Part shown: in pieces, positions 27,707 to 34,988 of the stretch
How positions within the stretch are numbered: position 1 is the stretch's first letter
Layout of the letters: every line of letters starts with the position of its first letter
Source of the DNA: Nitrosopumilaceae archaeon
GTDB lineage: Archaea > Thermoproteota > Nitrososphaeria > Nitrososphaerales > Nitrosopumilaceae
NCBI GenBank assembly: GCA_033720715.1
Contig: JAWWBZ010000001.1
Location: 1 to 62,632 of the forward strand
Direction: 5' to 3'
DNA length: 62,632 bases
Notes under the pieces: model-generated
Database searches by the model: none
Told to the model about the DNA's origin: nothing
The model's input: only the letters and a program-made list of their open reading frames with translations
Program-made: the position numbers and the translations under genes

Positions 27707-28006
27707 CTAGTCTACTAGTTCGGTCCAACCTTTTACGAAGACTGAATCTTTGTGGAGTGGAACTGGTTGTCCAACAGTAAAGTCCATTGGTCTCATCCAA
27801 AAGATTGCTTTTGTTGGGCATACACCAATGCATGCGCCATCAGAAATACATCTTTCTGGGTAAAAGACAAATGCTTTACCTCTCTTCCAGCCTTCTACTG
27901 GTTTTACTCTAAGGACATCTGGGCCAAGAGTCGTACAGATTTCTACACATAGTGCGCATCCGATACACATTTGTTCACTGATGTCGGGAATAATTCCTAC
28001 TGGCAT
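27707..28006 (-). CDS. ferredoxin with two Fe-S cluster motifs, one carrying Asp in place of the second Cys
   Basis: 99-aa ORF with CIGCALCVEIC and CISDGACIGVCP (CxxDxxCxxxCP). Confidence 0.85.
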   Translation of the reverse strand: MPVGIIPDISEQMCIGCALCVEICTTLGPDVLRVKPVEGWKRGKAFVFYPERCISDGACIGVCPTKAIFWMRPMDFTVGQPVPLHKDSVFVKGWTELVD

Positions 28007-28060
28007 TACAAAATTTTTTCGGCTTTTGATCTTTATATAATTTACCGAAAATTTGATTGT

Positions 28061-28100
28061 TATAACACCGTTTGAAATTTTATAACGCCGTTTGAAAATT
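28061..28100. repeat. tandem 20-bp direct repeat (18/20 identical) upstream of the ferredoxin TATA-like element
   Basis: TATAACACCGTTTGAAATTT (28061-28080) and TATAACGCCGTTTGAAAATT (28081-28100). Flanked by GAAAATTTGATTGT (28047-28060), with GAAAATTTGATCGT at 28094-28107. TATA-like CTTTATATAA sits at 28031-28040. Confidence 0.6.
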
Positions 28101-28112
28101 TGATCGTTTTCC

Positions 28113-28721
28113 TCATTTCTCTATTGCAAAAAATTGATCGGTGACGGAATCGTCAAGGGATTTCAGAATTATCTGTGAATCCAAAATACTAACAAAAAAC
28201 GTCCCTGTTGTTTTAGATCTAATAAGATGTCTCCCACTGGGAGATAAAACTATGTCACCATCCTCATTCTTAGCAACTATCCCACTTACGATTATCATAG
28301 ATTTGGTTTGTCTGGAAATAGAAGACAGTAACATTATCGCAGCATTTACGTTTCGAGCTGACTCTAAATCATCAAATAAATTATAGACTCCATTTAAGGT
28401 ATCAATAATAACCAAAACCTGTGTTTGGGAAATTCGTTTTATGATTTTTTCCAGATTTTGATTAAAATCTTTTTTACCTCCACGAATAATTGTAACTTTG
28501 TTATTTTTCTTAATTAACCCAGATTTTATATATCCAGAATACAACATATCGATGTCAAAAAAAATTACAGGCAAATCAACAACTTCAATTAATCTATTCA
28601 AAAACTCAGACTTCAAAAATGTTTTTTTACACAAAATAAAACTTGGATTTTTCTTAGAGAATTCAACACTTATTTTTTTAAAATCATTATCTAAAATTTG
28701 GTGAGGATTTTTATCCAACAA
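28113..28721 (-). CDS. hypothetical protein, possibly a degenerate RecA/KaiC-like fold without a Walker A motif
   Basis: 202-aa ORF. Walker-B-like VLVIIDTLNGVY and alternating beta/alpha pattern, but no GxxxxGK[ST]. Confidence 0.4.
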   Translation of the reverse strand: MLDKNPHQILDNDFKKISVEFSKKNPSFILCKKTFLKSEFLNRLIEVVDLPVIFFDIDMLYSGYIKSGLIKKNNKVTIIRGGKKDFNQNLEKIIKRISQTQVLVIIDTLNGVYNLFDDLESARNVNAAIMLLSSISRQTKSMIIVSGIVAKNEDGDIVLSPSGRHLIRSKTTGTFFVSILDSQIILKSLDDSVTDQFFAIEK

Positions 28722-28747
28722 TAATTTAGCAGAAACCAGATATAATA

Positions 28748-29896
28748 ATGAATTTAGTTTCGAAAGACATCTCTAACGATTTTGCTACTAACAAAATCTA
28801 TCTGAACAATGCATCTGTCTCAGTAATGCCTAAACAAAGTATTGAGGCCATGAATGAGTTCTTAACATCTTATAACGAAATGGGACCCGATTCCACCCAA
28901 TCTCAATCCTTTATTACTGAAAAATTCAGGAATGTCAGAAAAATAATTTCTAAAATTGTAAATTGTCAACCTGATGAAATTATTCTTACTCAAAGTACAA
29001 CTGACGGAATTAATTTTGTTGCAAACGGTCTGAAATTCCCTTCAAATTCTAATATTGTAATTAGGGGAATGTCTCACGAGCATCATGCAAACTTCTTTCC
29101 TTGGCTTTACCTAAAAAATAAAACAGAAATAAGAAATCTAGAAATTGATGAAAATGGTTTTTTTAATTTTGAAGACCTTAGGGGATTAATTGATAACCAA
29201 ACAAAACTTGTAGCACTAAGTCAGGCATTGTATAACACTGGCTCTATTTTACCAGTTGAAGAAATTGGAAAAATTTTAGACAACAAGGCTTCCTTTTTCA
29301 TAGATAGTGCACAAACAGTTGGATGTATTACAAATGTCAATGTAAAAAAAATAAAATGTAATTTTATGTCTTTTAATGGATCAAAATGGCTTTGTGGTCC
29401 GATGGGGACGGGTTTATTTTATTGCGATAGAAAATCGAGTGAATTACTAGAACCCATTTCAATCGGTGGTGAATCTGCAATGTTATACGAAAATTCTAGA
29501 TTGGCCTTTAAAGAAATACCAGAAAAATTCCAAACAGGATTTAGAAATTATGTTGGAATTGTTGGTTTAGAGTCATCTGCAAATTATCTTTACAATTTTG
29601 GATTTGACAACATTCAAGAAAAAAATAGAAAATTATCAACCATTCTTAGAGAAGAATTATCAAAAATTAATAAAATCAATCTTTATGGACCAGACCAACC
29701 AGAAAAAAGGACAAGCATTGTTTCCTTTACGGTGGATGGATTAGAACCAGATTTTATAGTTAAAAAATTGGAAAAGAGGAACATAATCCTGGCTGTTCGT
29801 GAAATTTATGATAAAAAAATAGTCAGGGCATCTCCTCATTTATTCAATACAGAATCCCAGATAATTCAAGTAGTTGAGGAAATAAAGAAACTATAG
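28748..29896 (+). CDS. class V aminotransferase / cysteine desulfurase-family PLP enzyme
   Basis: 382-aa ORF with fold-type I pattern and PLP-lysine region SFNGSKWLCGPMGTGLFY. Confidence 0.75.
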   Translation: MNLVSKDISNDFATNKIYLNNASVSVMPKQSIEAMNEFLTSYNEMGPDSTQSQSFITEKFRNVRKIISKIVNCQPDEIILTQSTTDGINFVANGLKFPSNSNIVIRGMSHEHHANFFPWLYLKNKTEIRNLEIDENGFFNFEDLRGLIDNQTKLVALSQALYNTGSILPVEEIGKILDNKASFFIDSAQTVGCITNVNVKKIKCNFMSFNGSKWLCGPMGTGLFYCDRKSSELLEPISIGGESAMLYENSRLAFKEIPEKFQTGFRNYVGIVGLESSANYLYNFGFDNIQEKNRKLSTILREELSKINKINLYGPDQPEKRTSIVSFTVDGLEPDFIVKKLEKRNIILAVREIYDKKIVRASPHLFNTESQIIQVVEEIKKL

Positions 29897-30163
29897 ATTT
29901 TCTTGTTCTTCAATAACCATCATTGTAAGGGTGGATTGAACTTTGCTTATTTTTCTAATTCTATTGGTAATAATTGCTCTTAATTTGTCAGCATTATCAG
30001 ATGATAATTTTAAAACAATATCATAAACACCATAAACACCTTGCACTTCATAATCTACATCTTCTTCTTGAAGAATTTGTTTTACTTCACTAATTATTGA
30101 GGAATCTGAACCTAAATCCGAATTCAACAAAACATATGCAGTAGGCATGTTGCAGATTTTCAT
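29891..30163 (-). CDS. stand-alone Lrp/AsnC-type ligand-binding (RAM) domain protein
   Basis: 90-aa ORF. AYVLLN...VQGVYGVYDIVLKL...STLTMMV pattern of RAM domains, with no HTH. Confidence 0.65.
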   Translation of the reverse strand: MKICNMPTAYVLLNSDLGSDSSIISEVKQILQEEDVDYEVQGVYGVYDIVLKLSSDNADKLRAIITNRIRKISKVQSTLTMMVIEEQENL

Positions 30164-30225
30164 AAACAGTATTTAACCTTTCATAACAATCAAAGACTGA
30201 TTAACTACTTTACAGATTATCGAAT

Positions 30226-30870
30226 GTGAAAAAATTAGATCTCACACTAAGCATTTCTCCGAAAATTCCAACATTTCCTGGATCACCCAAACCACAATTT
30301 CTTTTGTGGTCTACAATCAAGGACGATCTATACAATCTAGAATTACTTTTTTTTAGTTCTCATACCGGTACTCATCTTGATGCTCCATATCATTTCACAC
30401 CAAAAGGAAAAAAAATTCATCAAATACCATTGAATCGGTTTATGGGTACGACATTATTAATTAAAATCAGAAAAGGAAAGAATCAAGCAATCACCAAAAA
30501 TGATATACTCAATTTTGAAAAAAAATTTGGTATTATTTCAAAATATTCGTCGGTTGTTTTTTTCACCGACTGGCAAAAAAATCTTAAAAAAAATTTTTAC
30601 TTTACAAATAATCCTGGGTTATCCTCTTCTGCAGCAATCTATCTTGCCTCAAAAAAAATTAACTTGGTTGGAATAGATTCTCCAAGCATCGATTTAGGCA
30701 CAGAAACATCATTCCCTGTACATAAAATTTTAGCAAAAAATGACATTTTAATAGTTGAAAATCTTTCAAATTTAGAAAAAATCTCACAATTGGAATTTGA
30801 GTATATTTTTTTACCACTCAAACTAGAAGGTGCAACTGGCTCTCCAGTTAGAGCAATCGCCATTTATTGA
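30226..30870 (+). CDS. cyclase-family metallohydrolase (kynurenine formamidase-like)
   Basis: 214-aa ORF from GTG with the HTGTHLDAPYHF signature. Confidence 0.8.
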   Translation: MKKLDLTLSISPKIPTFPGSPKPQFLLWSTIKDDLYNLELLFFSSHTGTHLDAPYHFTPKGKKIHQIPLNRFMGTTLLIKIRKGKNQAITKNDILNFEKKFGIISKYSSVVFFTDWQKNLKKNFYFTNNPGLSSSAAIYLASKKINLVGIDSPSIDLGTETSFPVHKILAKNDILIVENLSNLEKISQLEFEYIFLPLKLEGATGSPVRAIAIY

Positions 30871-31922
30871 ACAAAATGAAATCTATTTTGTTTATAGTTT
30901 TTTGATAACGTTCCCACAATTGGTATTTGATTTCCACAATACTTACATTGATTTTTTTCATCAAGATTCCATTCTTGTATATCAAAACTAAATCGTTTTA
31001 CTACAATTTTATTACATTCAGAACAATAGGTATGCTCTAAAGGATGTCCTGGAACATTTCCAATATATGCATACTTTAATCCAACTTTCTTAGCTACCAT
31101 GTGATGTTTTTCTAAAGTCTCTACAGGGGTAGAATCAAACTCCATCATTTTATAGTCTGGATGGAATCTTAGAAAATGAATTGGCATCTCTGGGCCAAAT
31201 TCATTGTAAACAAATTTACACAATTTCTCTGCATACTCTAAACTATCTCCTACTTGCGGAACTACCAAATCAGTAATTTCAACATGGATTTTGGTTTTGT
31301 CTCGAATTTCTAAAAGAGAATCAAAAACTGGTTGGGGGTCAGGAACTCCAATGTATTTTCGAGTAAAATCAGGTTCAGCATTTCCCTTAAAATCCACAGT
31401 AATAGAATCCAAAAATTCACCCATCATTTTTACAGATTCAGGAGTATCATATCCATTTGATACAAAAACGTTGTAAAGATTTTTTTTATGAGCTAGTACG
31501 CCACAATCTCTTGCAAACTCGATGAAAATAGATGGTTCGTTGTAAGTATACGCAATTCCATCCGCCCCGTTATCTAGAGCAGTTTGAACCACTTGCCCTG
31601 GAGTCATATCAACTCCCTCAATCTTCCTTCTTTGACTAATATCGTAATTTTGACAATATTTGCAAAGCCAATTGCAACCCGTTGTGGCAATAGAATACAC
31701 CTTTGAGCCTGGATGAAAATGAGTTACAGGTTTTTTCTCAATAGGATCTACATGACCTGCGATCACTTTACCATACACAAACAAGTTTAATTTTCCATTC
31801 TCGTTGCCCCTGATCCCACAAAGACCAATCTGACCTTCTTTCATCTCACAATATCGCGCACATGCTGTACACCTAACTTTGTTATCAGCTAATTTCTCAT
31901 AAAGAACTGCTTCCTTTCCCAT
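30864..31922 (-). CDS. AmmeMemoRadiSam-system radical SAM enzyme (PFL-activase-like)
   Basis: 352-aa ORF with N-terminal Cys cluster CTACARYC, radical SAM CNWLCKYCQN and C-terminal zinc-ribbon CSEC...CKYC. Confidence 0.8.
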   Translation of the reverse strand: MGKEAVLYEKLADNKVRCTACARYCEMKEGQIGLCGIRGNENGKLNLFVYGKVIAGHVDPIEKKPVTHFHPGSKVYSIATTGCNWLCKYCQNYDISQRRKIEGVDMTPGQVVQTALDNGADGIAYTYNEPSIFIEFARDCGVLAHKKNLYNVFVSNGYDTPESVKMMGEFLDSITVDFKGNAEPDFTRKYIGVPDPQPVFDSLLEIRDKTKIHVEITDLVVPQVGDSLEYAEKLCKFVYNEFGPEMPIHFLRFHPDYKMMEFDSTPVETLEKHHMVAKKVGLKYAYIGNVPGHPLEHTYCSECNKIVVKRFSFDIQEWNLDEKNQCKYCGNQIPIVGTLSKNYKQNRFHFVQ

Positions 31923-32004
31923 TTACTTTATACTATAATTTTTCAGATATAAGCTCAGTGTATTTTTCGCAATGCTAAAAATATAGAATTGTTAATGACA
32001 AGGC

Positions 32005-32499
32005 ATGAGCAAACCAGGAAATTTATGGAGAAAAGTTCACGGGAAAATTACTAAAAAACCTACTAATTTCTCTTGGTTAATTGATGAAAAACTAGCCGGT
32101 TCTGGAATGCCTACTTCTTTTGATGAGTTAGACTGGATTCTAAAACAAGGTGTAAAATCAATCGTAACAATGACGGAGAACTCGCTTCCTGAAGAATGGA
32201 CAAGAGAAATTGGATACTTGCATGTGCCAACTCCGGATCTTACTGCTCCTGAAATCGAAAAAATTGATCTTGCGGTTGATTTTATCCATCAAAATATTAA
32301 CAAAAATCAAGCAGTAATGGTACACTGTGCTGCTGGAATGGGAAGAGCGGGAACAATTCTAGCATGTTATCTTGTAAAGTATCAAGAATATTCTGCAAAA
32401 GATGCAATTGAAAAAATAAGAAAAGAAAGACCTGGTTCTATCCAATCAGAAGTTCAAGAACTGGCAATTTCATATTATCAAAAACATGTACAAAATTAA
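32005..32499 (+). CDS. dual-specificity protein phosphatase (CX5R)
   Basis: 164-aa ORF with active site VHCAAGMGRAGT. Confidence 0.85.
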   Translation: MSKPGNLWRKVHGKITKKPTNFSWLIDEKLAGSGMPTSFDELDWILKQGVKSIVTMTENSLPEEWTREIGYLHVPTPDLTAPEIEKIDLAVDFIHQNINKNQAVMVHCAAGMGRAGTILACYLVKYQEYSAKDAIEKIRKERPGSIQSEVQELAISYYQKHVQN

Positions 32500-32642
32500 A
32501 TAAATTCTGAAACTAGTTTACCATCTACTACCTTAATTTGGAGTTTTTTATCTTCTTGAAAAATTAAAGTTAGTCCACCATCTGTATCAGGATCCTCTAC
32601 TTTAACTAGTTCTAACATCTTGATTTGCTCGAATTTTTCCAT
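32496..32642 (-). CDS. 48-aa small ORF, paralogue A of a tandem pair (below track threshold)
   Basis: Manual translation: MEKFEQIKMLELVKVEDPDTDGGLTLIFQEDKKLQIKVVDGKLVSEFI. ATG start, TAA stop. Shares a motif skeleton with the adjacent ORF. Confidence 0.45.
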   Translation of the reverse strand: MEKFEQIKMLELVKVEDPDTDGGLTLIFQEDKKLQIKVVDGKLVSEFI

Positions 32643-32650
32643 TTTTCTAT

Positions 32651-32803
32651 CTACTCCGGAATAGATACTGTCTCAATTTTACCATCTACAGCCTTTATGA
32701 AAAGAAATCTATTGTCTTTGAAGATAAATGTAATTCCTCCTTCTTTATCGGGTTCTTCTACCTCAAGTACGGGCTGACCTAATAATCCATCATATTTTGC
32801 CAT
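32651..32803 (-). CDS. 50-aa small ORF, paralogue B of a tandem pair (below track threshold)
   Basis: Manual translation: MAKYDGLLGQPVLEVEEPDKEGGITFIFKDNRFLFIKAVDGKIETVSIPE. ATG start, TAG stop, 8 nt upstream of paralogue A. Confidence 0.45.
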   Translation of the reverse strand: MAKYDGLLGQPVLEVEEPDKEGGITFIFKDNRFLFIKAVDGKIETVSIPE

Positions 32804-32952
32804 GTGAAAACATGAAAAAAGTTCCTTATATCCCTAATTACCCAGAAATTTAAGTATCAAAAATCATTTTTTAAAATAAAAATCAAATTTATTGATTATT
32901 TAAACACAAACCTAGAACAAAAAATTATACAAATAATAGGGATATTTTTGGA

Positions 32953-33321
32953 GTGCTATCAGAAATGGATCATCAACAATTATGTGAAAAAGTAATAGAA
33001 CTACTACCGCAAGTCAGGTTCAGCGGAATCTTAAATTCAAGAGGAGATTTAGCGGTTGAAAAAAATAGAGAGGATTCAGAAAAATTACTTAAACCCGATG
33101 AAGTGAAAATGTCAGTTCATTACACTTTTCAAAGATGGACAAGTATTCAAAACCTATCTCATAGAATTGGAAACGAAAAAACGAACATTTCGGAATTTGA
33201 TAAAGTTACTTTGATTAGTATATTACTTCCAGACAAAAATCTTCTTTTGATAAGTTCTGAACCAGGAGCAAACTACATGGAAATTATTTCTAAAGTTAAA
33301 CAAATAATTCCAGAAGAATAG
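32953..33321 (+). CDS. hypothetical protein (possibly Roadblock/LC7-like fold)
   Basis: 122-aa ORF from GTG. The alpha-beta-beta pattern (RFSGILNSRGDLAVEK ... VTLISILLPDKNLLLISSEPGANYMEI) resembles Roadblock domains. Weak. Confidence 0.45.
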   Translation: MLSEMDHQQLCEKVIELLPQVRFSGILNSRGDLAVEKNREDSEKLLKPDEVKMSVHYTFQRWTSIQNLSHRIGNEKTNISEFDKVTLISILLPDKNLLLISSEPGANYMEIISKVKQIIPEE

Positions 33322-33336
33322 AAAGGTTCAAAAAAA

Positions 33337-33531
33337 TTGTCTTTAGTTTGGACATTTGTATTCACAATGGTCCTAGTTTATCTCAGTACAAATTTAGTTT
33401 TGAAAATAGATGTTCTTGATGGATGGCTTAAAGCACTATATTTCATTGTCTTAATACCAGGTTTTGGTCTGGTAACCTTCCAAATCAGAATGTATTTTCA
33501 GAGAAAACAAAAACCTGAAACAAAAAATTGA
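33337..33531 (+). CDS. small two-TM membrane protein
   Basis: 64-aa ORF from TTG with two hydrophobic helices and a basic tail. Confidence 0.4.
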   Translation: MSLVWTFVFTMVLVYLSTNLVLKIDVLDGWLKALYFIVLIPGFGLVTFQIRMYFQRKQKPETKN

Positions 33532-33586
33532 TTATTCTTCTATTTCTTATTCTAAAATTATAAAGCAGTACTAAACTGGAAAATTA

Positions 33587-33844
33587 ATGAAAGGATTGTA
33601 CTGGTTAATTTTAGGACTATGTGTATGGTTTATTCCAACAATAATTTTTAATGCTATTGTAACCTCAGGTGAATCTGAATTAACCCCAGAACAAGCAACT
33701 TCTGATATTCCACCTGAATTTGTTATTGTTTTATTCGCTGCAGCTTTGCCCCTCATCTTAAAGGGTGTAATGACAATCAGAAAAGAAAGAAGAACTGTTC
33801 AAAAAGATCCTAGAAAAGAAAAGAAAAAATTCAAAAAAAAGTAA
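33587..33844 (+). CDS. small two-TM membrane protein with Lys-rich tail
   Basis: 85-aa ORF with two hydrophobic helices and tail RKEKKKFKKK. The antisense 61-aa ORF was rejected. Confidence 0.45.
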   Translation: MKGLYWLILGLCVWFIPTIIFNAIVTSGESELTPEQATSDIPPEFVIVLFAAALPLILKGVMTIRKERRTVQKDPRKEKKKFKKK

Positions 33845-33962
33845 TCACTAAAATTTCTTGGTCCTAATTTTTGAGGTTTTTCATAAAATCATAGGTAATT
33901 CTCATAATTTTTTTCCGGGAAATTAGATAGTATAATAAATAACCATATTTTTGATTTTTTAT

Positions 33963-34544
33963 ATGAAGAAAATAGAGGCGATTATTAAAAGATCTAGCTA
34001 TACAGAAATTGCGGACAAGCTAAATGAATTAGGTTATACAATTATTGATAAGCGAAATCTTGAGGATAGTAAAATTTTTGATAAACAAAACAGTTCTAAA
34101 GTTGGGGGAACCATAGGTGTAAAGACCATTCCTTTATCGAAGATCGAGTTAGTTGTCGCTGAAAAAGATGCAAGGAAAGTAATTGAATTAATTTCAAAGA
34201 AATCTGGTTTTACCTCAAGTAAGGTCGGAAAAATTTTTGTCTCTGAAATGGATGAAGTCTTGGAAATTAATACTCTGGAAAGTACTCAAGACTTAGAATT
34301 AGATGAACCCAAATTTCCACCAAAACCCAAAATTAAACGAAGTCGATTGGTACCACTTCAAAAATATACCCTCCTTCGACTACAAACAGTCTATGAAGAA
34401 AATTATGACACTTTAGTATCTGATCATAGGATTAAATCATTTAGTGATTTTGTTAATCACTGTATCATGGGATACCTACCATCTTTTGAAAAACAGCTAA
34501 AACATCCAACAGTTGTATATGGAAATAATTTTAGAGAGTTTTAG
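33963..34544 (+). CDS. PII-like domain protein with a ~90-aa C-terminal extension (possible ribbon-helix-helix)
   Basis: MKKIEAIIK start at ATG 33963 (track start is TTG 33951). PII-like beta-alpha-beta layout ending KVGKIFVSEMDEVLEI, then KRSRLVPLQKYTLLRLQTVYEEN...SFSDFVNHCIMGYL. Confidence 0.65.
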   Translation: MKKIEAIIKRSSYTEIADKLNELGYTIIDKRNLEDSKIFDKQNSSKVGGTIGVKTIPLSKIELVVAEKDARKVIELISKKSGFTSSKVGKIFVSEMDEVLEINTLESTQDLELDEPKFPPKPKIKRSRLVPLQKYTLLRLQTVYEENYDTLVSDHRIKSFSDFVNHCIMGYLPSFEKQLKHPTVVYGNNFREF

Positions 34545-34870
34545 ATAGTACTTTCTCCTTCGTCACCTGAAGCAATATCTACTGCTCTTAAAATTGGTGA
34601 TACAAAGATTTTTCCAACGCTTCCTTTGTCTTTAATGATGTTTATCACTTGTTCTTCTTTACTTTCTGGAATTACTAATTCAATGACATACTTTTGGCTA
34701 AACTGAGGCTGAAATATTGCACTTCCTTTAGAAGCATGGATTTCAGGAGGAGGTCTTTTCCCACGTCCTCTGACTTTACTTACAGTCAACCCTCCAATCT
34801 CAAGTTCCTTTAAAGCCTCGCTAATGTTCATTACGTCATTATTTCCGAGAAATGCTTGGATCTTAATCAT
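34541..34870 (-). CDS. glnK: PII nitrogen regulatory protein (GlnK-like), divergent from amt
   Basis: 109-aa ORF. MIKIQAFL..., T-loop-like RGRGKRPPPEIHASKGSAIFQPQF, B-loop GSVGKIFVSPI. Confidence 0.8.
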   Translation of the reverse strand: MIKIQAFLGNNDVMNISEALKELEIGGLTVSKVRGRGKRPPPEIHASKGSAIFQPQFSQKYVIELVIPESKEEQVINIIKDKGSVGKIFVSPILRAVDIASGDEGESTI

Positions 34871-34913
34871 TTAATGGATCGGAGAGGTTTTTCACAAATA
34901 ATAGTTTCAGATT

Positions 34914-34935
34914 TTGATTATCAAGTGATAATCAA
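34914..34935. promoter_or_regulatory. perfect 22-bp palindrome TTGATTATCA-AG-TGATAATCAA between divergent glnK-like and amt (candidate operator)
   Basis: Read directly. 10-bp arms, 2-bp spacer. A further TTATCAA copy at 34940-34946. AT-rich TATA-like TATTATTATTTA lies downstream toward the amt TTG start at 34989. Confidence 0.45.
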
Positions 34936-34988
34936 ATAGTTATCAAATTTCGTTATTATTATTTAGTTTCAAAATTTTCACAATAGCG

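Noticed and set aside
30864-31922. AmmeMemoRadiSam radical SAM enzyme as the seed of a three-gene system
   Set aside because: The expected AMMECR1 and Memo partners are not adjacent in this window, and the neighbours are a cyclase-family hydrolase and a dual-specificity phosphatase. Nothing in the sequence links them functionally.
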